Virus record (IMG/VR): IMGVR_UViG_3300020048_000076
Span: 1 to 64,000 of that record
From: a virus
Taxonomy: Duplodnaviria > Caudoviricetes
Length of the DNA stretch: 64,000 nt
Strand: one strand, 5' to 3'
This document shows, piece after piece, positions 26,392 to 36,154 of this stretch. Made by a program: the position numbers and the translations under genes. Positions within the stretch are counted from its first letter, which is position 1, and each line of letters opens with the position of its first letter. Below the pieces are notes generated by a model. That model was not told where the DNA came from. It did no database searches and saw only the letters and a list, made by a program, of their open reading frames with translations.

Positions 26392-26634
26392 ATGATTACC
26401 ATTCAAGCAAATGTTGTCTTGAATGGTCTTGATGCCGGTGATTACAATGATCCGGCTAAAGACCCTGTTCAGACAGGTTTTATAGACGAAGGTTCGGCAT
26501 GTGCTAAAACAGGTACCGCTTGGGCAGATACAAGCTATGGAACTGAATATGGGCATGGTAAACGTTTCGATTATGAAGAAACACCAAGTATGACTAAAAT
26601 ACCAGGAAGGAATACTCCAGATGTCGCTCGATAG
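26392..26634 (+). CDS. hypothetical protein
   Basis: ORF in operon. Confidence 0.55.
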   Translation: MITIQANVVLNGLDAGDYNDPAKDPVQTGFIDEGSACAKTGTAWADTSYGTEYGHGKRFDYEETPSMTKIPGRNTPDVAR

Positions 26635-26839
26635 ATCAAGACCTTATTCAGAAATCGACCCTATTAATGCACCTATTGCCTATATGCAAGATGGTGAAAA
26701 GTTCGATAAAAACGGTGAATCTTTAGAAGAACCTAAAGTTAAAGCCCCTACTTCTACAAAAGCACCAGTATCTGCTAAAATAGCGGCTTCTGCCAAAGTA
26801 GAAGAACCTTCTGTAGAAATAGCGGAAGATATAGCTTAA
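26621..26839 (+). CDS. hypothetical protein
   Basis: ORF in operon. Confidence 0.6.
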   Translation: MSLDRSRPYSEIDPINAPIAYMQDGEKFDKNGESLEEPKVKAPTSTKAPVSAKIAASAKVEEPSVEIAEDIA

Positions 26840-26889
26840 ACACCTACCTGATGTAAAAAATCAGGCCAAACAGTTAGGACACCGATAAC

Positions 26890-27585
26890 ATGCTAACGCT
26901 TGCAGACCTGCTCCGCAGAACTAGATCACGCTTAGACGATTCGGTGGCTCCTTACCTATGGTCAGATTCAGAGTTAATAGACTGTATTAACGATACGATA
27001 GCGGATGCCGCTATACGTGCAAATTTATCAGTACAAGATGATGTCCCTATCGTCTTTACACAAAACGTAGATTTAACATGGAAAGCCAAATACGCATTGC
27101 CCAGCAATGCGCTTTCAGTTAAAAGCGTTTATCTAGCCTCACAACCTCAATATCCTCTTATTCGTACCAGTTTTAGCAGCATCCAGAGAAATACTAACAG
27201 TATTCCTACGCAATTAGGCTCTCCTTATGCCTATGCACTTGATCAAACTAAAGCCGGTTTAAACGAGTTTACAGGGATGTTTGTTAGGGCTATTACGTTT
27301 ATCGGTACGCCTACAGTAGCTGATACGGCAATGCTCAGTATTGTCCGTTTACCTAGTTTATTAGAAGGTGATGATGATATTCCAGAAATCGATGAGTTAT
27401 TTCAACCTGATTTAATCTACGGAATAACCGGATTAGCATATTTAAAAAGAGATACCGATACGTTTGACCCTAAAAGATCACAACGAGATTTACAAGTTTT
27501 TTCTGATCGTTTCGGAGAAAGACTTCCTGCGGTAGTAATAAGAGAACGTCAAACTGATGTTCCTATTGAAATGATACTATACTAA
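26890..27585 (+). CDS. head-to-tail adaptor-like protein
   Basis: LLRRTRSRLDD...YLWSDSELIDCIN...PEIDELFQPDLIYG pattern; position. Confidence 0.65.
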   Translation: MLTLADLLRRTRSRLDDSVAPYLWSDSELIDCINDTIADAAIRANLSVQDDVPIVFTQNVDLTWKAKYALPSNALSVKSVYLASQPQYPLIRTSFSSIQRNTNSIPTQLGSPYAYALDQTKAGLNEFTGMFVRAITFIGTPTVADTAMLSIVRLPSLLEGDDDIPEIDELFQPDLIYGITGLAYLKRDTDTFDPKRSQRDLQVFSDRFGERLPAVVIRERQTDVPIEMILY

Positions 27586-27616
27586 CAGTATCTAAAACAA
27601 AATTTACGGAAACCTA

Positions 27617-27973
27617 ATGGAACATTTAATATCGCTTTTATTCTTTGCGCGTGACATAGCACACAGAGAACACCTAAAAACAAAATCTTATGCACAACAC
27701 ATGGCTTTAAATGGTTTTTACAGCGTTATTGTGGATAATGCAGACGCTATAGCTGAAGCGTATCAAGGTAAATACGGTCTATTAACTAACATGGCCATAC
27801 TTGGACATAGTGGTGATATGCCGATAGTAGATGAATTAACCAGTCATTTAGAATGGATTAAAGAAAACCGCTATAAAGTATGTTCAAAAGACCATACGGC
27901 GATTCAAAACTTAATTGACGTTGTGGAAGAAACATACCTTTCAACTTTGTATAAATTGCGGTTTTTAAGTTAA
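27617..27973 (+). CDS. small ferritin/Dps-like four-helix protein (DUF5856-like)
   Basis: AHREHLKTKSYAQHMALNGFY...DAIAEAYQGKYG...LYKLRFL. Confidence 0.7.
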   Translation: MEHLISLLFFARDIAHREHLKTKSYAQHMALNGFYSVIVDNADAIAEAYQGKYGLLTNMAILGHSGDMPIVDELTSHLEWIKENRYKVCSKDHTAIQNLIDVVEETYLSTLYKLRFLS

Positions 27974-28000
27974 AATATTGCAAGGGCAAAAGGTGTTACT

Positions 28001-28279
28001 ATGTCACAATATATGGAATGCGAAAGCAATAAAGGGTGTGTAGTAATGGCAGATATGAACTGTAGAATAGCCAAAGTTGAACAACGACTAGATAGTTTAT
28101 GTCGAGAACTTAACGACGATAAAGAAGAAAGCCGTAGGCAATCAGATAGGATATTTGATGCTTTAGATCAGTTAAAAAAAGAAGGGGAGAAACATAAAGG
28201 CTTTTTTGGCGGTATTGTATTTACAGTAGGTGCTGTATTTGCAGCCTTTGTGTATTTCTTTGGAGATAAAGTTCATTGA
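28001..28279 (+). CDS. coiled-coil protein with C-terminal TM helix (possible holin-like)
   Basis: Hydrophobic C-terminus GGIVFTVGAVFAAFVYFF. Confidence 0.5.
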   Translation: MSQYMECESNKGCVVMADMNCRIAKVEQRLDSLCRELNDDKEESRRQSDRIFDALDQLKKEGEKHKGFFGGIVFTVGAVFAAFVYFFGDKVH

Positions 28280-28346
28280 CATTAGCACGTATAAATAGTA
28301 TTTATATACGTTAAATATCCTATTCACCCGATAAGAGGGTTTCAAA

Positions 28347-29447
28347 ATGTTGGTATCAAAGTTTCTCGGTATTAGAAACACCGAACCTATTAGATCGATA
28401 CCAAACAACGCTTGTTCTGAAGCCGTTAACGTAGACATCTCTGTAGAAGGCGCTATTAGCCAACGTAACGGTTATTCTTTAGCCAAATCAATCCCTATAT
28501 CAACTGCCTATTCCACTTTTGATCAAACGGTTTATGTTATATCAAACGGTATTTTAAATAGGGTACAAGATGATTTGACTCTTATACCTATCTGCCCATC
28601 AACGGCAACAGAATTTACAGACTTCGGTGAAGTGCTCTTCACTAATGATGGTTTGAAAATTCAAAATGGTATCGCTACCAATATTAAAATACCAAGTCCC
28701 ACTATACCCCCAAATTTAAGCGTTATAAGCGGAAACCGTTTTGCCGGCACATACAGTGTTTGTTATACGTATCGTTCAGTTGACGGCATGGAGGGCGGTT
28801 CTTCCCCTATAGCTTCTATAGAACTAACATCAACGGGTAGTTTTTACATCGATCCTATTAATGCCCCTGCTGGTTTTACGGTAGTGGTTTATATTACTGA
28901 TGTAGACGGGGCGGTGTATTACAATTATGAAGGTATTCAATTAGCCCAATATCAAACGCTATCACAACCGTTTCCAGATAAAGTAAAGCAAATAGCTTTT
29001 CACGATAGTCGGTTATGGGTAAGCCAAGCGCAAAGTAACGGATCAACAGTAATTTGGTTTTCAGACCCCTATCTCTACCACATATACGATGCTATCAATG
29101 GGTATATTGTAGTACCAGGAGAAGTTCGCGGGATGATGTCTGCTAACGGTGGACTTATTATCGGTACAGATAGCGTAATTTACGTGTTTGATGGGGATGT
29201 ACTCGCACCTTTGACAACCTATGGCGTTATATCAGGAAGACCATTTGCTAGAGGAACTGATAGAACGGTTTACATGCACACTGAATGGGGTGTTTGTAGA
29301 GCTTTACCTTTTGCCAATATATCTTCTGATAAAGCTTCATTTGCTCCGGGCGTTAAGTGCTCTACTGCTTTGGTTTATCAAAACGGGTTACAGAAATTTG
29401 TAGCTTTAACTGACGGGTCAGGCGTACCGTTTAACGCTCGATATTAA
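28347..29447 (+). CDS. probable tail/stabilisation protein
   Basis: Beta-rich; NVDISVEG motif; position in the structural operon. Confidence 0.55.
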   Translation: MLVSKFLGIRNTEPIRSIPNNACSEAVNVDISVEGAISQRNGYSLAKSIPISTAYSTFDQTVYVISNGILNRVQDDLTLIPICPSTATEFTDFGEVLFTNDGLKIQNGIATNIKIPSPTIPPNLSVISGNRFAGTYSVCYTYRSVDGMEGGSSPIASIELTSTGSFYIDPINAPAGFTVVVYITDVDGAVYYNYEGIQLAQYQTLSQPFPDKVKQIAFHDSRLWVSQAQSNGSTVIWFSDPYLYHIYDAINGYIVVPGEVRGMMSANGGLIIGTDSVIYVFDGDVLAPLTTYGVISGRPFARGTDRTVYMHTEWGVCRALPFANISSDKASFAPGVKCSTALVYQNGLQKFVALTDGSGVPFNARY

Positions 29448-29470
29448 ATTTTAAACATTAAGGAAATAAA

Positions 29471-29923
29471 ATGATTTCATATTCAACTGGTCTTATCAAT
29501 TCAATGATGGGTACAACATCACTGAAAGCTACACTGGCTAACGGCGTTATCCGCGTTTACTCAGGTGCTCAACCCGCTTCAGCTGATTCAGCAGCTACGG
29601 GTACTTTGCTAGGTACTGTTACATTAGCAGGTGCAGCCTTTACCGAAGGGACTGTTACTAACGGTTTGGAATTTGATGCACCAGTCGGTAAATCTATTTC
29701 TAAAGCAGTTGCTGAAGACTGGAAGTTTAAAGGTATAGCCGCAGGAACAATCGGCTACATGCGTTTTCAAGGTAATGCAGCTGATAATCAGTTAAGCAGT
29801 ATTGTTTTACCAAGAATCGATATGTCGGTCGGCATTACATCCGGTGACGTTAGGTTATCTACGGTTACTTCAGCCGTAAACTCTATTATCACAATAGATA
29901 CTTTTACTATTACCGCAGCGTAA
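29471..29923 (+). CDS. virion structural protein (paralogue of 30349-30786)
   Basis: IRVYSGAQPASADSA shared with IKIYSGTVPSDADSS. Confidence 0.65.
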   Translation: MISYSTGLINSMMGTTSLKATLANGVIRVYSGAQPASADSAATGTLLGTVTLAGAAFTEGTVTNGLEFDAPVGKSISKAVAEDWKFKGIAAGTIGYMRFQGNAADNQLSSIVLPRIDMSVGITSGDVRLSTVTSAVNSIITIDTFTITAA

Positions 29924-29933
29924 GGATTAAAAA

Positions 29934-30338
29934 ATGTCATTCTCAAACTATTTAGAAAAAGCTTTACTAGATCATTTAAATCAAGGAACCGCTTATACCC
30001 CTACTACAAAATTCGTAGCGTTATATAAAACTGACCCGCTTGATGCTGCGTCAGGAACAGAGGTAAGTTCTACTACGGACGATACTGCGTATGCAAGACA
30101 GCCGATTTCATTTGGAGCCGCTACTTTAGGAACCGGTATCGCTTTATCTTCAAATGCTCAAACGTTTGCAGCTGTTGCTTTAGGATCGGCTGCCTACACT
30201 GTAGGTTGGATCGGTATTTTTGATGCGTTAACAGGTGGAAATCTGCTTGAATCAACTGTTTTAGGCGCAAGCGTTTCAAGAACAGCCGGTAAAACTTTGG
30301 CGTTTGATGTAGGCGCTATTACTGTTGCATTAGATTAA
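29934..30338 (+). CDS. tail-fibre-associated structural protein (paralogue of 54061-54480)
   Basis: MSFSNYLEKALLDHL...YARQPISFG...IGIFDALTGGNLL. Confidence 0.65.
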   Translation: MSFSNYLEKALLDHLNQGTAYTPTTKFVALYKTDPLDAASGTEVSSTTDDTAYARQPISFGAATLGTGIALSSNAQTFAAVALGSAAYTVGWIGIFDALTGGNLLESTVLGASVSRTAGKTLAFDVGAITVALD

Positions 30339-30348
30339 GGACATTATC

Positions 30349-30786
30349 ATGGCACTGAAAGCATCAACAGCATTACGAAACAACATGTTGGTAACTGGTA
30401 GTTTAAAATCACAATTAGATGGTGGTTTTATTAAAATATATTCAGGAACCGTACCTTCAGATGCTGATTCTTCTATTGGAGCAGCCCAACTTCTTTGCAC
30501 TATATCCGTAGGAGGGGTTGGTACAGGGTTGTCGTTAGCGTCAGCGGCTACACTTGGGTCTATTTCAAAAGCTAATGAAGTATGGCAAGGAGTTAATGGA
30601 GCAACTGGACTTGCTACATTTTGGCGATTTGTGAAAACAGGCGATACTGGCGGAACTTCGACAACAGAAGTTCGTTTACAAGGTAATGCCGCTACATCAG
30701 GCTCTGAATTAGTAATGACTAGCGTAACTTTAGCTAATGGGGCCACGCAGACTATCGATTACTTCTCTGTATCATTACCTGCATAA
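30349..30786 (+). CDS. virion structural protein
   Basis: Paralogue of 29471-29923. Confidence 0.65.
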   Translation: MALKASTALRNNMLVTGSLKSQLDGGFIKIYSGTVPSDADSSIGAAQLLCTISVGGVGTGLSLASAATLGSISKANEVWQGVNGATGLATFWRFVKTGDTGGTSTTEVRLQGNAATSGSELVMTSVTLANGATQTIDYFSVSLPA

Positions 30787-30809
30787 CTAGATAAAAGGGG
30801 TAATATCAA

Positions 30810-31952
30810 GTGCCAACCGTCAACAGAATATATACTTTAGGCACTTATACAGGTGAAGGTAGCGCTGCCCTTATATCTACAAACAACGGTACTTCGTGGA
30901 CAGAAGCTACCGAGTTAATAGACCATGATGCGAGTGCGATATGTTCTAACGGTACCGTATTCTGCGTAACCCCTTACGACTCTGATAGTGTCTTTACAAC
31001 TACAGATGGGAATACCGTCACCTACGGTACGTTACCATGGGGTGGTAATTGGAATAATATTGCATGGAATGGGTTGGTATTTCTAGCGATACTTAATGAT
31101 ACTGATGTATGTGCGACTTCAACTGACGGCATTACGTGGGAAGAGCAGTTACTTCCAGCAGAGTTAACGTGGAAAGGGCTGGTGTATGGTTCTGGCGTTT
31201 TTTGTGCATTCGGCTACGGCCTTGATCCTAATGGATTCGAGGTTCCCCTAACAACTACTTCACCAGACGGTATTACATGGACTGGGTTTATAGCAATGGA
31301 GTATCCGTTTGATCCTTATCCTGTTAGTTTTACACCTACTAATACAAGGAATAACCAAGTACATACTTTAGTAACCGGAGGTGGGTATCTTGGTTTCTTA
31401 AGACCTAACGGGGAAGGGGGAAGGGTAGTGAGCTCAGTAGATTCGGGGGCGACATGGACTCAATCTAGCACTCGTTGGAATTACGCGGGTGTTGCTCAAA
31501 TGGCGGTAATGAACGGATTAGATATCGTCTACGCAGGATCGTATGGTTTTAACCCCTTACTCCCGACTTATGATAGGGATAGTTGCTATTTCAGCAATCT
31601 TAAAAAATACAATATAGAAAACGATACAGATTTTATAGATGCAGCTTACGATGTAACGTCGGCTTCAATAGTAGCTACGTGGGGGGGAGACCCTTCTAAC
31701 ACGGTATTCAGCGTCACTTATACTGGGACACATTACTTAGTAATTACACGTCTAGGACTCCTTCGATCCACTGATGGTTTAAATTGGGAAGCTATAGAAT
31801 ATGACGGCGTAAACCCTTATCCCGGAAATAGATTCGGTAACATCTATGCAGGTCAACGGATATTAACGGCTTCTTTAAATATCTCTGATGTAGTCCCGCC
31901 GACGCCAAGGTTCTGGAAAGATTTAGTTAACTCTACAGAAACTGACTCCTAA
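30810..31952 (+). CDS. BNR/Asp-box beta-propeller virion protein
   Basis: Repeated STDGITW / SPDGITW / STDGLNW. Confidence 0.7.
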   Translation: MPTVNRIYTLGTYTGEGSAALISTNNGTSWTEATELIDHDASAICSNGTVFCVTPYDSDSVFTTTDGNTVTYGTLPWGGNWNNIAWNGLVFLAILNDTDVCATSTDGITWEEQLLPAELTWKGLVYGSGVFCAFGYGLDPNGFEVPLTTTSPDGITWTGFIAMEYPFDPYPVSFTPTNTRNNQVHTLVTGGGYLGFLRPNGEGGRVVSSVDSGATWTQSSTRWNYAGVAQMAVMNGLDIVYAGSYGFNPLLPTYDRDSCYFSNLKKYNIENDTDFIDAAYDVTSASIVATWGGDPSNTVFSVTYTGTHYLVITRLGLLRSTDGLNWEAIEYDGVNPYPGNRFGNIYAGQRILTASLNISDVVPPTPRFWKDLVNSTETDS

Positions 31953-33730
31953 TGTCTAACACCATCATTATGGGTGACGTTGCTGAAGGCCAGAAGTGGT
32001 TTGGCGAAGCTGAGTTCTTGAAACAGCAGTTAGTTAGTATTTATAACCGTACTAACCAGAACATGAGCACTTGGAAGCAAGTTAATGCTGATGTAAAGAT
32101 ATTTGTAAAAATGGTTAACGGAAACCCGCAAGCGTTTATATTTACAGACGGAGGCTACGAGTTCTTTGTACCGACAAGTTTAATATCTTTAGAAACGTAC
32201 CTAACAAACGGGATTGGTTTTTATAACGGTGTAGAAACATATCCACATAAAGTATTAATAAATGATGTTGGATATGAAGGTGCTATTTTAAATACATGGT
32301 ATTCGGAAAGTAATTACGTAGTTAATATCGCAGCTGCTAAATACAGAAACATATTTACCAGACTAGGGTCTACTTATTACTACACCTCTGTTGGACCTTT
32401 TAGTTTATATTCTAGCGGCACTTCACTCGTAGCTAAGGGAGCGGTAGTAGCATCAAGTTCAAGTGCTAGTTACGGAAGATATGTATGGAGCATACAACCG
32501 CCTGCATCGGGCGGTATTTGTTATTTTGTAGTTCAAGACACGCAAACCCCCTATTATGAAAAAATACCAATTAACGGCAACTGGGAAGCTGATGACTATA
32601 CAAACAGCTCAGCCGCTATAGGGTATTGGACGTTTGATAGATCAGGACTTAGGGCTTGTACTACGGTTTGGGTACGAGACTTTAGCAGGTTTGGAGCGGC
32701 TGTTACAAACTCAACAACTCCGCACATAGGTAATTTTACTACATCATATGTTCTTGAGATTACTATATCCGTAGACGGGGAAGGGGTTTTTTCAGGTATT
32801 CAAGTATCTAGGCAAGTTGAGACTGATGATTTCTGTATAGCGGCTGATTACGATTGGACAACTGAAGCAAATGAGTTATTAGTCACTACGCTCTATGGGT
32901 TTGATTACCGAGTAGATAAAGCTAAACCCGCTACACAAGATGATATTGATAACTCAGTGTATCTTGGAGACGAGATAGGGGAGCATTACCGCACAGAGTA
33001 TAATTCAGGAACGGCTGTCCGGCCTAGGGGCGTATATAAACTTGATAGTACCTACGTCATTGAGGAAACCGGAGAGGTAAAAGCAAACTATCAAGATGTA
33101 ACCAGTGAATCTAGTGCCATCGATATTTGGATGAAAATAAGTACACTAGAAGGAGCTTCAATACTAGCGGTAGAACTAGCTAGTAACATAGATGTATTTA
33201 CAAAAACTTCTAGTGCAGGGACATGGTTTGAGAAATCAGGGGCTTCATTTGTTAATAATATATCAGGACTAGATTTAAGAATAAGGGGTATAACGGGTTA
33301 TTCTGAAACCGGAGCGGTAGTTGCTTCAGCGTATGACCAAGATTGGGATAACGGTAGTACCCTAACAATGAGTGGTAAACAAATACCTACAGGTAAAGGT
33401 AATTTTTATGTACCCGATACTTTATATAGCCGTATTAAAATAATGACAATACCGCAAACAATAGCGGCTATACCTTATTTAAAAACAACTACCAATGAAA
33501 TAAAAAACCTATGTATTTATGCTCCCTATATATCTAATGAATTAACCGGTAATGCTTCGGCAGAGTTAGCTATTGATTTTAGGATTGATATTAAAAACGA
33601 TAGCAGTACTGAAACCGCTATTCAATACGGGTATCATCGTAAAGTATACGAGGCTATCTATGCAGAAACACCTTACTTAAATAGGTATTTTATAACCGGC
33701 GCTTGGGCTAAGAAGAAGGATAGGAAATGA
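31952..33730 (+). CDS. probable tail protein
   Basis: Beta-rich ORF translationally coupled in the operon. Confidence 0.55.
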   Translation: MSNTIIMGDVAEGQKWFGEAEFLKQQLVSIYNRTNQNMSTWKQVNADVKIFVKMVNGNPQAFIFTDGGYEFFVPTSLISLETYLTNGIGFYNGVETYPHKVLINDVGYEGAILNTWYSESNYVVNIAAAKYRNIFTRLGSTYYYTSVGPFSLYSSGTSLVAKGAVVASSSSASYGRYVWSIQPPASGGICYFVVQDTQTPYYEKIPINGNWEADDYTNSSAAIGYWTFDRSGLRACTTVWVRDFSRFGAAVTNSTTPHIGNFTTSYVLEITISVDGEGVFSGIQVSRQVETDDFCIAADYDWTTEANELLVTTLYGFDYRVDKAKPATQDDIDNSVYLGDEIGEHYRTEYNSGTAVRPRGVYKLDSTYVIEETGEVKANYQDVTSESSAIDIWMKISTLEGASILAVELASNIDVFTKTSSAGTWFEKSGASFVNNISGLDLRIRGITGYSETGAVVASAYDQDWDNGSTLTMSGKQIPTGKGNFYVPDTLYSRIKIMTIPQTIAAIPYLKTTTNEIKNLCIYAPYISNELTGNASAELAIDFRIDIKNDSSTETAIQYGYHRKVYEAIYAETPYLNRYFITGAWAKKKDRK

Positions 33731-36123
33731 GTAACATACTACAAAAACTATTTATTACAGGGTATACGTTAGTACCGGAACGGACTACCCGAAGGTGGAA
33801 TCCGCCAGTTACTAAAGTTCAGAGTATGCCATTCCCTCAAAACGCACCAATAAGCAATCTCGGAGGGGGAACCTTAACAACTCAAGTAGTATCGGCAGTA
33901 ATAGATGCTGTAATACCCTATCAATGGATTGTAAATGTAGACGAAATTAACCCGCTCCATCCGTACACAAGTGTAATATTTGTTCCGGTAGATAAAACAT
34001 GGTATGTAACCCTTGTACCGGAAGATGCGGGTTTACCGCCGCAATGGAACATATACTCGACAGGAAATGTAAATGTATCAATAGACTATGTATATGCGGG
34101 TAGAAACTACTATACACTCCCTAATGATATACAGATATCTGTAACGACTTCAGGTTACTACAGCTATGAAGTACAGCCTGCCTATTATAAAATAGACTAC
34201 AATCCTAATAAAGGATGGAACTCGTCGGCCCGTTCTATAGCATCTATCTCGGGAGATGGAACCGCTACTTTCAGTAGCAGGATAGATACGACCGGCGCGG
34301 TTATAGGGTTAAACGAACTCTATGATAGTTTGGGAAGCGACTATTTTGAAATATCTTATGGGATATTTTTTAAGAAGGGTGCCTATGCTATCGTCGAGCA
34401 AGGGACTCTAAAAACAGGTTGGAATTATTTTAATGTAGCTGATGTATTTTCTATCTCACGTGTAAACGACGACATATTTTATTTAAAAAATGGGGTTGTA
34501 TTCTATAAATCTTTTATACCCTCCACCGACGAACTGCTGTTAGACTGCTCCCTCTATACGGCAGGTGACGTTATATACAACGCATCCTTAGTAAATGGTT
34601 CTAGTATCATAGCGAGCACTGCTAATATTACCGCAACCTCCTCAATATATGCACAGCCTAAAGCAACCGCCAACCTAACTGCGCAATCTACTACAGGCTT
34701 TACAGGCGTTTATAGCATAGACAACGGTATATATGCGTTAGCTAACATCAATGCTGTATCAAATATTAAGGTAAATAAAGACTTTGGCGGGTATCCAGCC
34801 ATAAGTTCTACCTCTACTTTAACCGCTATAAGCCATTCTACTACAGGAATTAGTGCTTCTCTCAGCCCAATGACCGCTTCGTTAACTCAAGGGTATGAGT
34901 TCTTTGCCGAGATAAAAGCATCATTTGAGCCTATGACTGCGCAAGCTGGTATTGGTGAACTAACTATAGAAAACACTTATATAGCTGGAGCTTTTGAAGG
35001 ACTATCAGTAGATGCGGTAGGATTATCAGGTGAGAATACCTTAGATACAGTCATGCCACTATCGAGCATGATTGCACTGGCATCTGACCACCCATATGCT
35101 GCTATCTCCGGTACCTTGGCTTCTATGAAGGGCTATGCAGGGGAGTATCAAGATTTTGGTAACTATGCTTTCTTACCTTTCATAACTTCTAGTATCTTAG
35201 CGAATGGTTTCTCTACTGAACTTAACGGCGCAGATTTAACCTTTATCGATTCAACTATAGAAGGTTTCGGCGGTGCTATAACCGATGAAGATGAGTTGAG
35301 TAACTTCGTTGACTTTAGACTCAGCAGTACCGGAAGCCATCTGGATTATGGCAACGCCAACATTGCGTTCTCTACGTTTACCCTGTCCAGTACCGGTATA
35401 GGTTATGGTACAAGCAACACTACTATCGGGTTCATAAGCTCTACAATTACCAGCTTCGGCGGTGCTAATTCAGAATTAACAGCACCTATATTTACCCTAG
35501 CTAGTACAGGATCGTACATACCGTTAGGCGGTGCTACATTAGACTTCTTAACATGGGCAGTATCGAGTAGCGGTACGCTTGATGCTGTTGGCAATGCCAC
35601 TATAGGGTTCCCCGTCTTTACAACTGTTTGGGGGAGTGCAGCATTACCAGCGCCGTTTTTAAATTTATCGGCAACCGGATCAACCGCAGTAGCAAATTCA
35701 GTAGCTTACGTGTTAAATATAGTGACTAATGAATCAACGCGGTATACTAACCAGAATTGGGATCATATTGTGGTGTTGGGTAACAAACCTTACGGTGTAA
35801 CCTCAACAGGCTTGTATTTATTGGAAGGTGCTACCGATAATGGAGTAGCTATTGACACATACATGGCTACTAAAGAAACTGATTTAGGGTCTAACATGGC
35901 TAAATCGATACCGACTATTTATTTAAACAGTGATACGTTAACTTATACAACAGCCTATATGGATGGTGTTGCACAAACACCTCAAGCAAGCTCTTTTACA
36001 GGTCGTAAATGTCATCTATCAAGAGGTGCTGAAGCCCGTTATGTTAAGTTAAAAATATCAGGTATAAAAAACCTGCAAGGATTAGAAATTCTTCCTGAGC
36101 TTAAATCAAGAAGAGTTAAATAA
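33727..36123 (+). CDS. probable tail protein
   Basis: S/T/G-rich repeats; C-terminal AYVLNIVTNESTRYTN motif. Confidence 0.55.
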   Translation: MSNILQKLFITGYTLVPERTTRRWNPPVTKVQSMPFPQNAPISNLGGGTLTTQVVSAVIDAVIPYQWIVNVDEINPLHPYTSVIFVPVDKTWYVTLVPEDAGLPPQWNIYSTGNVNVSIDYVYAGRNYYTLPNDIQISVTTSGYYSYEVQPAYYKIDYNPNKGWNSSARSIASISGDGTATFSSRIDTTGAVIGLNELYDSLGSDYFEISYGIFFKKGAYAIVEQGTLKTGWNYFNVADVFSISRVNDDIFYLKNGVVFYKSFIPSTDELLLDCSLYTAGDVIYNASLVNGSSIIASTANITATSSIYAQPKATANLTAQSTTGFTGVYSIDNGIYALANINAVSNIKVNKDFGGYPAISSTSTLTAISHSTTGISASLSPMTASLTQGYEFFAEIKASFEPMTAQAGIGELTIENTYIAGAFEGLSVDAVGLSGENTLDTVMPLSSMIALASDHPYAAISGTLASMKGYAGEYQDFGNYAFLPFITSSILANGFSTELNGADLTFIDSTIEGFGGAITDEDELSNFVDFRLSSTGSHLDYGNANIAFSTFTLSSTGIGYGTSNTTIGFISSTITSFGGANSELTAPIFTLASTGSYIPLGGATLDFLTWAVSSSGTLDAVGNATIGFPVFTTVWGSAALPAPFLNLSATGSTAVANSVAYVLNIVTNESTRYTNQNWDHIVVLGNKPYGVTSTGLYLLEGATDNGVAIDTYMATKETDLGSNMAKSIPTIYLNSDTLTYTTAYMDGVAQTPQASSFTGRKCHLSRGAEARYVKLKISGIKNLQGLEILPELKSRRVK

Positions 36124-36154
36124 GTTAATTTATCCGCATAGTCGGGAGTAAAAA

